A stretch of DNA of 64,000 nucleotides from Candidatus Pacebacteria bacterium CG10_big_fil_rev_8_21_14_0_10_44_54 (GTDB taxonomy: Bacteria; Patescibacteriota; Microgenomatia; UBA1400; PJMF01). The notes beneath the pieces are model-generated. The model ran no database searches and had not been told where the DNA came from. It worked only from the letters and a program-made list of their open reading frames with translations. Every line of letters begins with the position of its first letter. The first letter of the stretch is position 1. Both the position numbers and the translations under genes were made by a program. Shown in pieces: positions 38,710 to 48,962 of the stretch. The stretch is from positions 33,253 through 97,252 of the forward strand of contig PFDI01000001.1 of assembly GCA_002772695.1 (NCBI GenBank), given 5' to 3'.

Positions 38710-39119
38710 AACTATGCGTGTTTTCGGATGGCGGATCTCGAGGTAATCCAGGTCCAGCGGCAGTTGGCGTTGTGTGTTATCAGGATAAGAAAATTGTATT
38801 TGAGTTTGGCAAGCTGTTGGGAGAAACAACCAATAATGTAGCTGAATATACTGCAGTTATTGAAGGACTGAAACGATTACAAAAGCTTTTGGAGAGTAAT
38901 TCTGGGGTAACGCAAGTACTGTGGCAGCTTGATTCAAAACTTGTGGTGGAACAGCTCGCGCGCCGCTGGAAGATTAAAGAACCACACTTACAACAGCTCG
39001 CAACAACATGTTGGCAGGCCCTTGATGAACTAAAAATTCCTTGCACTTTTGTCCACATTCCTCGAGAAAAAAATTCATATGCTGATGGTTTAGTCAACAC
39101 CGCACTCGACGCACCTTAG
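38706..39119 (+). CDS. rnhA: Ribonuclease HI
   Basis: DGGSRGNPGPA, TNNVAEY, DSKLVV, REKNSYAD. Confidence 0.92.
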   Translation: MKLCVFSDGGSRGNPGPAAVGVVCYQDKKIVFEFGKLLGETTNNVAEYTAVIEGLKRLQKLLESNSGVTQVLWQLDSKLVVEQLARRWKIKEPHLQQLATTCWQALDELKIPCTFVHIPREKNSYADGLVNTALDAP

Positions 39120-39145
39120 TCGCTCAACTATACTTCTTAAAAGAT

Positions 39146-41980
39146 ATGTCTGCCCTCCTTACGCAAGCGATCAGCGATCAGCCTGAAGTGATTTTTTTTA
39201 GCGATGACACTTTACTCGCGAAGCAAATTACCACAAAACTACAAACACAAGGCTTGACGGTGCGTAGTTTTGGTTTTAGCGAAATTAGAGATGCCGCCAT
39301 TGTCTCTTTGTGTGAAACTGCCTATAAAACAATTTTTTTGCTTGAACCAACCAAAAAAAATTTACTCGAAAAAATTGCTCAAAACATCCCACAACAAGTC
39401 TTGGCTCAATGCATTGTTCCTGTAATTACGCCCTGTTTTTCGAGCGCACCAAAACTGCAGTTTTGGCAAAAAGTCAGCCACCTTCAGGCAGATTTCTTGT
39501 CACAGCTTAATTATCTACTGCCAAACACGCAGTGTATTTTTTTGCGAGATTGTATCGATATCCCTATCGTCTCACCACTGGCTGAGGTGTTTTCACAACT
39601 GCCAGCGCAACAACTTCTACTTCCAGAACTGAGTATTGCTCCAACCAAACTGTCGGTGTCATTGGAAGAAATACAACGAGCGATTTTTCACCCCACTCGA
39701 TCAAGTATTCTAATTCAGGGCACCGAGGTATCTGGCGCAGCGTTTTTTGCCCAGGCGATTGAGATATATTCACGCATCCATCAGTGTAAGTTACAAACAA
39801 GTGTTACACCAGTTGAAACAACCACAACAATTCCTTTCTACGTTGTGGTCGAAGAAGTAGAGATAAATTTAGAAAGTCTCAGTACCGAATATATTAAGAC
39901 ACTCCCCTCACCACAACACTGGCGACCACTTTTTTCTTTGGCAAGCGAACAAAAGAAGACCGAAGTAGTCGAATCACAAGCTGCTACTTATCCTGAGCCC
40001 GCACCCCCTCCAGCTGTCAAAAAATTTTCACCATCAGTAGCGACCAACGTAGTGTCGGATATTACTTCGCTGTTTACTCTCTCACATCAAAAGCACCAAG
40101 CTGTTCGTTCTAAAGAAGTGAGTACAGTTGAGAAAAAAATCTCTAAAAAAAAGAAAAAAAACACCGCACTTTTTTTACTCGGCTTGGTTTCAACCGGAGT
40201 TACCTTGGGAACCTTGTTTTTAGCCGGGTTTTTTTGGTTGAGCGTTTTTTTGACCGAGCGAACAGTTTTACAAGAACTTGCCAACTTGTTTTCTGATTCA
40301 GGTGAACAAGCTGAGACAGGAGGTTGGAGTCAGCGTTGGAACTCGCTTTTAGCTGTACAAGCAGACAGCTATGGTTCTATTCTTGATATAGCACTCGTCT
40401 CAAAAGCAGAAAAAATTCTTGCGGTGGCAGCAGTGCTTCAGTCATATAGAGAGCTTGTGCCACAAGCTCGTCAAACAGAACAAACTCTTGTACAACACTT
40501 GTTTGGACAAACTGATAGCGATCTAAGTCTATTAGCCCAAAATGCCACAACTCAGTCGCAAAGCAGCTATGAATTACTTGCCACATTAGAATCAGAATTA
40601 AGCGGTGTTTTGAGTGAGACAGAGGAACACAAACAATTGCAGACAAAACTTACCAACACCCTGCTTGAACTACGAGGCGAAGTAGCCTTAAGCCAACAGA
40701 TTACTCCCCTACTTCCTGCAATGGGTGGAATCAGAAGCAAGCAGACCTACGCTGTTTTATTTCAAAATAGCCAAGAGTTACGTCCTACTGGTGGATTTTT
40801 ACAGAGCATTGCCTTTGTCACCCTAGCGCAAGGTTCGGTTATAGATGTACAAACAATTGGTAGTTACGAGCTAGACGCTGCTATTGGCGGCGTAGTTACG
40901 CCGCCGCAGGACATAGAGCGATTATTGGGCGAGTCAAATTGGTTTGCTCGTGATGCCAATTGGGACCCTGATTTTCCAAGTACTGCCACCACAATTCGAT
41001 GGTTTGTTGATCGCGCTCGCAATATCCAGCTCTCTGGAGTGCTCGCGCTCGACACCCAGGGAATGGCAGAAATAATCGAGGCGCTTGGACCAGTAGATTT
41101 GCCAGAGTATAACGAGGTTATAACCCACAAAAACTTATTTGAGCGACTTGAGTATCATTCAGAAGCCGTTTTGGTTCCAGAGAGTGGTGCCAAAGACTAC
41201 TCTGCTGCCCTACTTGACCGAGTACTGCAAAAAATTCTTGCAGCGCCAGTTGAGAAATTTCCTACTCTACTTCAAAGCACTCGCTTGGCAGCCGAAGGGC
41301 AACACCTTCTTTTTTCGTTTACCGACGAGACACAGCAGTCTGCTTTTACGGCCCTGGGTTGGAGCGGCAGCATCTTACACCCCCCCTGCCCTTCACAGCT
41401 GACGGCTACCACCTGTGTGGTTGATCCACTTTATCAAGTTGAAGCCAATGTTGGGGTTAATAAGGCCAACTATTACCTGACGAGAGCTATTTCACATCAA
41501 GTTGCACTCAGCACGACCCAAGCACTTCACACACGGATTGTCGAGTATAACAACACCGCCCAATCAAACTCTTGGCCCAAGGGTCCTTACAAGGCATATG
41601 TTCGCTATTATCTAGCACCAAACTCCGAATTTTCTCAATTACTTGTCAACGGATCGCCTATTTCGGTGCAAAACTTAGTCGTTAGCCGAGAACACGGTCG
41701 TACTTTGGTTGGCGCAACAATCACAGTACCAGTTGGAGCTTCTGTGACAACACAACTGGAATACGTTACCCCACTAACCACCAAGAGTGGTTCGTCTGCA
41801 TACGTCTTTTTCAATCAAAAACAACCCGGCACCAACGCGGCTCCGTTGGCAGTTACTTTGTCGTATCCACCCGAGCTGCAGCCTGAAAAGATAGCGCCAC
41901 AAGCCGAAGTAACTGATACAGCAATTATTTTTAGTGACAAAGAAGAAAAAAGCCGTATGTATGGCGCTAAATTCTTCTAA
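39146..41980 (+). CDS. DUF4012-domain membrane-anchored protein
   Basis: FQNSQELRPTGGF, RDANWDPDFP, NVGVNKAN, QKQPG; single TM. Confidence 0.8.
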   Translation: MSALLTQAISDQPEVIFFSDDTLLAKQITTKLQTQGLTVRSFGFSEIRDAAIVSLCETAYKTIFLLEPTKKNLLEKIAQNIPQQVLAQCIVPVITPCFSSAPKLQFWQKVSHLQADFLSQLNYLLPNTQCIFLRDCIDIPIVSPLAEVFSQLPAQQLLLPELSIAPTKLSVSLEEIQRAIFHPTRSSILIQGTEVSGAAFFAQAIEIYSRIHQCKLQTSVTPVETTTTIPFYVVVEEVEINLESLSTEYIKTLPSPQHWRPLFSLASEQKKTEVVESQAATYPEPAPPPAVKKFSPSVATNVVSDITSLFTLSHQKHQAVRSKEVSTVEKKISKKKKKNTALFLLGLVSTGVTLGTLFLAGFFWLSVFLTERTVLQELANLFSDSGEQAETGGWSQRWNSLLAVQADSYGSILDIALVSKAEKILAVAAVLQSYRELVPQARQTEQTLVQHLFGQTDSDLSLLAQNATTQSQSSYELLATLESELSGVLSETEEHKQLQTKLTNTLLELRGEVALSQQITPLLPAMGGIRSKQTYAVLFQNSQELRPTGGFLQSIAFVTLAQGSVIDVQTIGSYELDAAIGGVVTPPQDIERLLGESNWFARDANWDPDFPSTATTIRWFVDRARNIQLSGVLALDTQGMAEIIEALGPVDLPEYNEVITHKNLFERLEYHSEAVLVPESGAKDYSAALLDRVLQKILAAPVEKFPTLLQSTRLAAEGQHLLFSFTDETQQSAFTALGWSGSILHPPCPSQLTATTCVVDPLYQVEANVGVNKANYYLTRAISHQVALSTTQALHTRIVEYNNTAQSNSWPKGPYKAYVRYYLAPNSEFSQLLVNGSPISVQNLVVSREHGRTLVGATITVPVGASVTTQLEYVTPLTTKSGSSAYVFFNQKQPGTNAAPLAVTLSYPPELQPEKIAPQAEVTDTAIIFSDKEEKSRMYGAKFF

Positions 41981-42052
41981 ATGTAAGGCTCTACACTTGG
42001 TGTAAGAAAGTAGTGATATAATGCGCCAGGACCCTCCGTTAAGCAAAAAATT

Positions 42053-42742
42053 ATGACAAAAAACACTGCGGCCTATAAATTTCACGTTTCATCTCGAGAT
42101 ATCAAAACAGATTCTATTGGCAATATGGCAAAAAATGGTGATATACCAGCCAATATTTTTGGTTTATCAAAACCGTCTATTTCGGTAAAATGTGCCAAAC
42201 AACTAGTACAAAAGCAACAAGAAGACCTCGAATCGGGTCTTTTGTATGTCGTTTTGGATACAAAAGAAGAAATCCCGGTTTTACTAGAAGAAATTCAAAA
42301 ACACCCGGTCACAAAAGAGCCACAACACGTGACCTTTAAACGTGTAAATTTGTCTGAGAAGATCGAAGCAGACGTACCACTTGAGATTATAGGGACGTGT
42401 GAGGTTAAAAATGCCAACGTGCTGTTGGTTCGAGACGAGCTGCCAATCGAAGCATTGCCATCCAATATTCCAGAGAATATTACCATTGATATCTCTGTCC
42501 TCACAGAAATTGGACAAACACTTGGCGTCGCAGATTTGCAGTTTGATCGAGCCAGCATCGCACTTAAGTTGTCAGAAGAAGAACTTGGGGCACCGCTCGT
42601 GATTGTGCAAGAACAAAAAGAGGAAGTTGTAGAGGAAACCGTGGCTCAGGATGAGGATGTTGAAAATCATCCAGAAACGCCAGATTCTAAAACCGAAGAC
42701 GCAACCTCACAAGAAGCACCTACTTCACAAGCCAAAGAGTAA
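42053..42742 (+). CDS. rplY: 50S ribosomal protein L25/Ctc
   Basis: IPANIFG, IQKHPVT...HV.F, LP.NIPE.I.IDIS.L, acidic tail. Confidence 0.88.
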   Translation: MTKNTAAYKFHVSSRDIKTDSIGNMAKNGDIPANIFGLSKPSISVKCAKQLVQKQQEDLESGLLYVVLDTKEEIPVLLEEIQKHPVTKEPQHVTFKRVNLSEKIEADVPLEIIGTCEVKNANVLLVRDELPIEALPSNIPENITIDISVLTEIGQTLGVADLQFDRASIALKLSEEELGAPLVIVQEQKEEVVEETVAQDEDVENHPETPDSKTEDATSQEAPTSQAKE

Positions 42743-42748
42743 GTTTTT

Positions 42749-43183
42749 TTAGTCACGAATAATTTTTTGAGAAGACCAAGTGTTGTTTGCTGCTCGGTTA
42801 AAGTAGTATTCAGACTCTCGAGTATTGCCAAGAGCTTCGTAGATAATCCCAATGTTGAGGAGTGTTTGTGCGTGAGTCGGTTGTTGTTTTTCTAATTCCA
42901 AAAAAAAATCCAGCTGTTCTTTGAGCTCGCTTGGACTGAGGCGATATGTCTTACTTGCTGGTTCGGTGTGGATTGCTAGAACAACTGGAGCAGGGGATTC
43001 AAGCGCTGTCTCGAGAACCTTAACTCCTTGTAGTACCGCAATTGCAGTTACGAGCAAAACAACTCCCGTTGAAACAAGTAGGAGTTTGCGCTGTGCCAGC
43101 TCAGCCAAGCAAAGACGAGAGAGAAAAGTACAAATAGACCAGACTAACTGGGTTGAGTGCCAGAGAGAGGCGAGCCAATTCAT
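42749..43183 (-). CDS. Membrane protein with C-terminal TPR-like repeat
   Basis: TM segment and QPTHAQTLLNIGIIYEALGN..ESEYYF; TATACT 6 nt before ATG 43183. Confidence 0.6.
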   Translation of the reverse strand: MNWLASLWHSTQLVWSICTFLSRLCLAELAQRKLLLVSTGVVLLVTAIAVLQGVKVLETALESPAPVVLAIHTEPASKTYRLSPSELKEQLDFFLELEKQQPTHAQTLLNIGIIYEALGNTRESEYYFNRAANNTWSSQKIIRD

Positions 43184-43218
43184 GGGTTCAGTATAGCAGT
43201 CTTGAGTGCTTCTCGTCG

Positions 43219-45444
43219 TTAGGTGGGCCAAGCGCTGTTGATGAGCAGCGAGTCTGGGCATAGTTCTCGCCAACAGACCTCGGTCACAAACGGCATGAAG
43301 GGGTGGAGTAGTTGCAGGAAGGTTTGTAGGGTAGCGCTCAGGCAGGTAGTTGAGATTTCTGCCTTTTTGTGTGACTCGATACAGTCGTCGCAAAACCAAT
43401 GCCAAAATGCGTCGTATGTGACATCAGCGGCTACACCAATTTTTCGAGTGAGTAACAATTTCGTCAGTTTGCTGCTCAGTTGCGCACGTTTTTTTTCTAC
43501 CACCACATCACCTGGAGCAGTGGGGGAGTCTTCTCGATCTTGTAGTAAGACATAGCGGGTGGCATTCCAGATTTTGTTCGTCAAGTTGCGCATTGCAATG
43601 AAGTCGCGCTCACCAACTGACTTATCAATACCTGGAGTAGAGCGGATAACAAGCGCCATACGAACCGCATCAGCACCATATTTTTCGACCATGTCGAGGG
43701 GATTGACGACATTTCCCTTGCTTTTACTCATTTTTTTGCCGTGGCTGTCGCGGACAAGGCCGTGCAAATACACTTCGCTGAAGGGAGATTTTCCGGTCAG
43801 GTAGATACCAAGGAGCATCATACGCATGACCCAAAAGGGCAAAATATCATAGCCAGTTTCCATGAGGGTGGTAGGGTAGAAGCGTGCAAAATCTCCCTGC
43901 TTGGTAGTCTTGAGGGTGGTGACTGGCCACTGGGCAGAAGAAAACCACGTGTCAAAAGTATCTGTTTCTGGGAGGTAGTTGTGGCTGTTGCTTGGTGCTG
44001 TATCACCGACTTGGTAGGGAACACTCGCATCTGCCAAAAGACTTTGCAAACCTTTTTTGATGGTGGCAATGCTATATTTTTTGAGTAATTCCCCAAGTGT
44101 TCCAGAGGTGTATTCTCCTTTTTTGTTTAAAAATGAAACAGTAATGGCTGCCTCGTACCCGTCAGTTTGGTACCAAACTGGCATGCGAATTCCCCACACT
44201 ATTTGACGACTGATATTCCAATCATGCAAGTTGGTAAGCCAGTGTTTGAGAATTTTTTCTCGTCCGGCGCCGTAGATTTTGGTTTCTTTGTTAGCGAGTG
44301 CTCGAAGCGCTGCTTTAGTCAAGCTGTTGTTTGGCTTATTGACCGAAACAAAAAATTGTGGCAGGGGCAGTGGCTCGATTACCCGGGAGCATTTATAGCA
44401 AATCTTAACAGTATTTTTATATGATGTATCAATCTTTTCTATCAATCCTTGTGTTTGTAAATCTGCCACTATCTGTATTCGTGCCTCAGCCACCTTGAGG
44501 CCTGCATATTTGCCCGCCAACTCAGTTAATTTGCCCTCACGAGTGATCGCGATGTGTGCGGGTAGTTTGTGTTTTTGGGCAACTGCAAAATCATTGGCGT
44601 CGTGCGCAGGGGTGAGTTTTACGATGCCGGTGCCAAATTTTGGATCGACAAATTCGTCGGCGATAATACTCATCGGTTTTTGGGTGAGTGGGTTGCACAC
44701 TTGTTTGCCAATCAATTGCCGGTGTTTTTTATCTTTGGGATGGACGGCCAAATGTGTGTCAGCAAAGATCGGCTCTGGCCTGGTGGTAGCTACTACAATG
44801 TGTTCTTTGGGAGAGTCGAGGAGGGGATAGCGCACATAGTAGAGGTTGGTGGTTTGTTCGAGTGATTGAACCTCAAGCTCCGAGTAACTAGTGCCGCATT
44901 TGGTGCAGTAGTTTACAAGTCGTATATCACGATATATCAATCCGTCTTCATGCATTTTTGTAAACGTCTCTTTGGTCAGCCGTACCACATCATCGTCGAG
45001 CATAAACTTGAAGCGCGACCAGTCGCAGCTGGCACCTAGTTTTTTTATTTGATCGACCGCGGTGTTTGAATTATCTTGGACATACTGCCAAATCATTTGA
45101 TAGAGTGTTTTGCGGTCAAATTGAAAGCGGGATTTGCCTTGTTTTTGTAGTTTTTTTTCGAAAACAAACTGAGTTTCAATGCCAGCGTGGTCGGTGCCAG
45201 GAAGCCAGAGCGTGTCGTCGCCACGCATGCGGTGAAAACGTGTCAGTGTATCTTCAAGCGCCACAAACATGGCATGGCCAATGTGGAGCGGGTCATTGGC
45301 ATTTGGTGGTGGCATAATAATAGAAAAAGGCTTGGTTTTTCCATTCTTTTTTTGCTTATTATGGTCGGGATTGAATGCTTGTGCTTGCTGCCAAAGGTCA
45401 TAGATTTTTTGCTCGTGTTCCTCTGGGATGTAGCGCGTTTGCAT
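43219..45444 (-). CDS. valS: Valine--tRNA ligase
   Basis: PPPN...LHIGH, DHAGIETQ, DWNISRQ, DTWFSS, KMSKSKGN. Confidence 0.95.
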   Translation of the reverse strand: MQTRYIPEEHEQKIYDLWQQAQAFNPDHNKQKKNGKTKPFSIIMPPPNANDPLHIGHAMFVALEDTLTRFHRMRGDDTLWLPGTDHAGIETQFVFEKKLQKQGKSRFQFDRKTLYQMIWQYVQDNSNTAVDQIKKLGASCDWSRFKFMLDDDVVRLTKETFTKMHEDGLIYRDIRLVNYCTKCGTSYSELEVQSLEQTTNLYYVRYPLLDSPKEHIVVATTRPEPIFADTHLAVHPKDKKHRQLIGKQVCNPLTQKPMSIIADEFVDPKFGTGIVKLTPAHDANDFAVAQKHKLPAHIAITREGKLTELAGKYAGLKVAEARIQIVADLQTQGLIEKIDTSYKNTVKICYKCSRVIEPLPLPQFFVSVNKPNNSLTKAALRALANKETKIYGAGREKILKHWLTNLHDWNISRQIVWGIRMPVWYQTDGYEAAITVSFLNKKGEYTSGTLGELLKKYSIATIKKGLQSLLADASVPYQVGDTAPSNSHNYLPETDTFDTWFSSAQWPVTTLKTTKQGDFARFYPTTLMETGYDILPFWVMRMMLLGIYLTGKSPFSEVYLHGLVRDSHGKKMSKSKGNVVNPLDMVEKYGADAVRMALVIRSTPGIDKSVGERDFIAMRNLTNKIWNATRYVLLQDREDSPTAPGDVVVEKKRAQLSSKLTKLLLTRKIGVAADVTYDAFWHWFCDDCIESHKKAEISTTCLSATLQTFLQLLHPFMPFVTEVCWRELCPDSLLINSAWPT

Positions 45445-45529
45445 GGAGGTATTGTAGCAGGTGGAATGAACGTCGTTCTAAACAAATAGCGGATAATTAT
45501 AGGATTTCTTTTGAAACTTTCATTCTAGA

Positions 45530-45940
45530 TCAAAATAACAGAAGTGATTGCTGTAGTTTTGCCAACCGAAGTTTGGCGATGTGAGAAAAGTGTTTGGTGT
45601 TGAGCGTCGCCAGCTGAGAGTTATGTTCTAATGCTGTTGCAGCGATTGCGGCGTCTGCAAAAGTAATCGCTACAGACGTATCTCGAGCAAGTTCTCCTGC
45701 TCGTTTTGCGATTTTTGTATCGCACTCGAGCACAAGTAAGGGCTTGATGATTTTATACAATGCCGCAAGCTTTCTTGCGTTTTTAGTACTTTTCCCTTCA
45801 AACAACTCTTGAATTGAAATGACCGACAAGCCAAGCTTTGCATCGGGATATTTACTTGTTAGATACTCTAATTCAGATTGTTGAGCAGCTTCTTGCAAGC
45901 GTAAGTGATCGATAATTATATTGGTGTCCAAGACTACCAT
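45530..45940 (-). CDS. vapC: PIN-domain (VapC) toxin
   Basis: VLDTNIIID, ELFEG, DAAIAATA, TLNTKHF. Confidence 0.88.
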   Translation of the reverse strand: MVVLDTNIIIDHLRLQEAAQQSELEYLTSKYPDAKLGLSVISIQELFEGKSTKNARKLAALYKIIKPLLVLECDTKIAKRAGELARDTSVAITFADAAIAATALEHNSQLATLNTKHFSHIAKLRLAKLQQSLLLF

Positions 45941-46233
45941 GCTTTTTTTGGCTTATCTGCAGCTATACGCTCGATGTTGTCTCGGCTTTTTTGCGTCTCT
46001 GGCCAGGAGTCGTTTGCCCAAGCGCCTTTCGTTTCTTCTAACACATCGGCATAGGTTTGGTTTTCAAGTAGTTTTGGAAATGTTGTATTGGTTAGTGGCG
46101 TAATGACAAAGGAGGAAGCGGAGGATACAAGGTGTAGTTGTGTGTTGCTAGTAATGCCAAGTTGCTGTCTAATTGCTTTTGGGATAACGATTTGACCTTT
46201 TTGGTTTGGTTGCACAATAGTTTGAATTTTCAT
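45934..46233 (-). CDS. AbrB/MazE-type antitoxin (VapB)
   Basis: KGQIVIPKAIRQQLGI; overlaps vapC. Confidence 0.85.
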   Translation of the reverse strand: MKIQTIVQPNQKGQIVIPKAIRQQLGITSNTQLHLVSSASSFVITPLTNTTFPKLLENQTYADVLEETKGAWANDSWPETQKSRDNIERIAADKPKKAW

Positions 46234-46237
46234 ACTA

Positions 46238-46253
46238 GTAGTAATTTTACTAC
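46238..46253. promoter_or_regulatory. Palindromic operator over the vapBC -10 box
   Basis: gtagtaa-tt-ttactac, containing minus-strand TAAAAT. Confidence 0.6.
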
Positions 46254-46316
46254 AAAATATATCTCGGGACAACATGCGCTATACTATCTATAACACTAAG
46301 TAAAGCAAGGAGCCAC

Positions 46317-47078
46317 ATGGGATCACTCATCTTTCTCGCCGTCGTAGTTATTTTCTTTCTCTCATTTCTCAAACAAATCAATCAATACGAGCGCGGGGTG
46401 GTGTACACCATGGGGCGGTTTACCAGCATAATTAATCCTGGCTGGCGTTTTATTTGGCCGATATTTCAGACTTTTCGTAAAGTAGATATTCGCACCAAAG
46501 CGGTTGATGTGCCAAAACAAGAGACGATTACGAGAGATAACGTTTCGTGCAAGATGAATGCGGTTATTTACTACAAAATTGCGGATGCAGCTAAGGCTAT
46601 CAACGAAGTAGAAGACGTGTTTTGGGCCGTGTCGCAGTTGGCGCAAACTACCATGCGGAGAGTGGCGGGCGAGGCAACCCTTGACGAACTGCTTTCTAAT
46701 CGAGAAAAAATTGCTGAGCAGATTCTCAAGTCGGTAGATAAAACAACCGACCAATGGGGTGTTGACGTTGAGGCAGTGGAGCTCAAGGATATTGAGCTGC
46801 CAGAAACAATGGTGCGGACAATGGCCAAGCAAGCTGAGGCTGAGCGTGAGAAGCGGGCGACCATTATCAGTAGTGAGGGAGAGGTAATGGCGGCTGAGAA
46901 CCTCATGCAAGCTGCCAAGATGCTAGCAACGACGCCAGGCGCACTCCACTTGAGAACTCTCAACTCAATCAACGACATTTCCTCTGATCAATCTAATACG
47001 GTTATTTTTGCCGTACCACTCGAGGTGCTTAGGGCAGTCGAGGGCATGGGCAATCTGATTGCTAAGCGAACAAAATAA
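46317..47078 (+). CDS. SPFH/stomatin (slipin) family protein
   Basis: YERGVV, VPKQETITRDNV, LAQTTMR, AEAEREKRA; AAGGAG SD. Confidence 0.92.
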   Translation: MGSLIFLAVVVIFFLSFLKQINQYERGVVYTMGRFTSIINPGWRFIWPIFQTFRKVDIRTKAVDVPKQETITRDNVSCKMNAVIYYKIADAAKAINEVEDVFWAVSQLAQTTMRRVAGEATLDELLSNREKIAEQILKSVDKTTDQWGVDVEAVELKDIELPETMVRTMAKQAEAEREKRATIISSEGEVMAAENLMQAAKMLATTPGALHLRTLNSINDISSDQSNTVIFAVPLEVLRAVEGMGNLIAKRTK

Positions 47079-47082
47079 TTTT

Positions 47083-48855
47083 TTAGACGCCCTGCAAGAA
47101 TTTAGCTGCCCATGGTCGATAGACCGAAGTGTAGGTGTCATTGTGTATCTCATTGCCGTTTTTATCTCGCACAATGTTGGTAAACTTAGCGCTGATGCCA
47201 GGCGCAGACCAGTCGACTTGTTGCAACTTGCCTTTTGGTAGTGCTGTGCTTGGGATGTATTCTGGGGGTAGGGGAGGGCGCGGATTCCAGGTGCTGTGGT
47301 CAACAATTTCGCTCGTACGCCCATCACTCGTGCCGTACAATTCAATTTTCATCGTGAGGTTATCACTATTTGCTTCGCCCGAAATCAAGACATAGTGATC
47401 AGTGTCGTTGATAAAGCGGAAATCGGTTTCTCCCGAGTAGACTGTGGCATCAATGCCGGGTTTGTTGTCGAGTTCGTAGTAGCTGACGCGGTAACTATGG
47501 GGGAGTCTGCGCGTTACTTTGAGGCCGGCATCGAGCACGGCGCGGAAGAGCGTGGTGCTGACTTGACAAACACCGCCGCCATCGCCGAGCTGTGTTTGGC
47601 CATTTTTAATCACATACGCAGAGCGAAATCCAGTTCTAGCTGATACATCACCCAAAGTTTTGTTGAATGAAAATTGTTCTCCTGGTGGGATTAGGTGTAA
47701 GGAAATTTTGTTTGTGGTGAGTGCTACATTGTGAATACGATTGGGAATTGAGTGAGCATACTCGCTGGTACCGAGGCCAATGCGTTCATTGATACCAAGA
47801 GAGTTGGTTTCTGCCAGCGATTTGGTGGGCGCAGTTCGCTGAAGTGACAATTTTGCTTGTTGTATTTCTGCTTCGTCACCCGACTCAATTTTTGCTAGTG
47901 CCGCAAGCAGGTTCTCTCTGGTTTCACGAACGAGCAGCCTTGTGCCATCGAGCGGAGCAACAAACTTGCTAACCACCAGACTATTTTGGTCATACTCAAA
48001 AACTGGCTCAACTGCATCGCGATAAAAAACACTCTCCCAGTTGGCAAGCAACTCAGTTGTTTTATGTTGACTAGCGCCGTCTGGAAAAGCGAGCAGCTCA
48101 ATGAGTGATATGTCGTCGAGTGTTATCCGCTGTTCATCGCTGCTTATGATTATTTTTTTTCCAACAAATTTCTCTGCTCGTGCCTGGGCTGCTGCGATTT
48201 CTTGATCAGACAATTCACCGGCTGTCGAGGCGACTACGGCAGTGATACCAAATGTTCCCGTATTGAGTCCTCGAAGAACACTTTCTTTTGTGGCTGCCTG
48301 ATTGAGCTTGCGACCGAATTGGCCAGGGAAGATATCGAGAGTGTGTTTGTTGCCCGATAGGCGCAACGTAGCCCCTGGCTCCTGACCTGGTTGATCTACT
48401 TTTTCTGCCAAGAGCTTGATCATACTCTCTAGCGTTTCATTTTGATACGACAGTCGAGTTTCGAATATTCTTGGTCTAAACACAACAGAAACAAACTGTG
48501 CAAAGCGATGCAGCAATGATCCTTGTCGGCCGATAGCAAAAGCTTTTTCTAGTTCTTGATCAACCAACCTAGTCAGGCCAAGTTCGGTTGAGCTTTTAGC
48601 AACGACGACGTTGTCAGCTTGTATAGTGAGCGTGTGTTCTTCAGGAAAAGTAGCTCTACTCAGTAGCAACTCGCGTGCTTCAAGCGCAGATTTGCCACCA
48701 ATATTGTGTCCGTCTATAAAGACATTGGGCAACATTTTTTGATGGTATCGAATGAAGATGGCTACGACAAAAAGTCCTACAAGTAGGGCAAAAATTGCAG
48801 CAATCTTTTGTATAATTTTGTACTGCTGATTAAAAAAAGTTGGCGACAATGACAT
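47083..48855 (-). CDS. VanW-family protein with PG-binding-4-like region
   Basis: FSFNKTLG, GGGVCQVSTTLFRA, HSYRVSYY, GIDATVY, DFRFIN. Confidence 0.88.
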   Translation of the reverse strand: MSLSPTFFNQQYKIIQKIAAIFALLVGLFVVAIFIRYHQKMLPNVFIDGHNIGGKSALEARELLLSRATFPEEHTLTIQADNVVVAKSSTELGLTRLVDQELEKAFAIGRQGSLLHRFAQFVSVVFRPRIFETRLSYQNETLESMIKLLAEKVDQPGQEPGATLRLSGNKHTLDIFPGQFGRKLNQAATKESVLRGLNTGTFGITAVVASTAGELSDQEIAAAQARAEKFVGKKIIISSDEQRITLDDISLIELLAFPDGASQHKTTELLANWESVFYRDAVEPVFEYDQNSLVVSKFVAPLDGTRLLVRETRENLLAALAKIESGDEAEIQQAKLSLQRTAPTKSLAETNSLGINERIGLGTSEYAHSIPNRIHNVALTTNKISLHLIPPGEQFSFNKTLGDVSARTGFRSAYVIKNGQTQLGDGGGVCQVSTTLFRAVLDAGLKVTRRLPHSYRVSYYELDNKPGIDATVYSGETDFRFINDTDHYVLISGEANSDNLTMKIELYGTSDGRTSEIVDHSTWNPRPPLPPEYIPSTALPKGKLQQVDWSAPGISAKFTNIVRDKNGNEIHNDTYTSVYRPWAAKFLQGV

Positions 48856-48962
48856 TGTTCTTGTGCTATGATGATTTATGCTAGTCTCTCGAGAGTCGTG
48901 GTTATTAGTAGTTACCATTGTGGCAAATTGCTACCCGCCTGACTAGACCAAGTTTTATTGTC

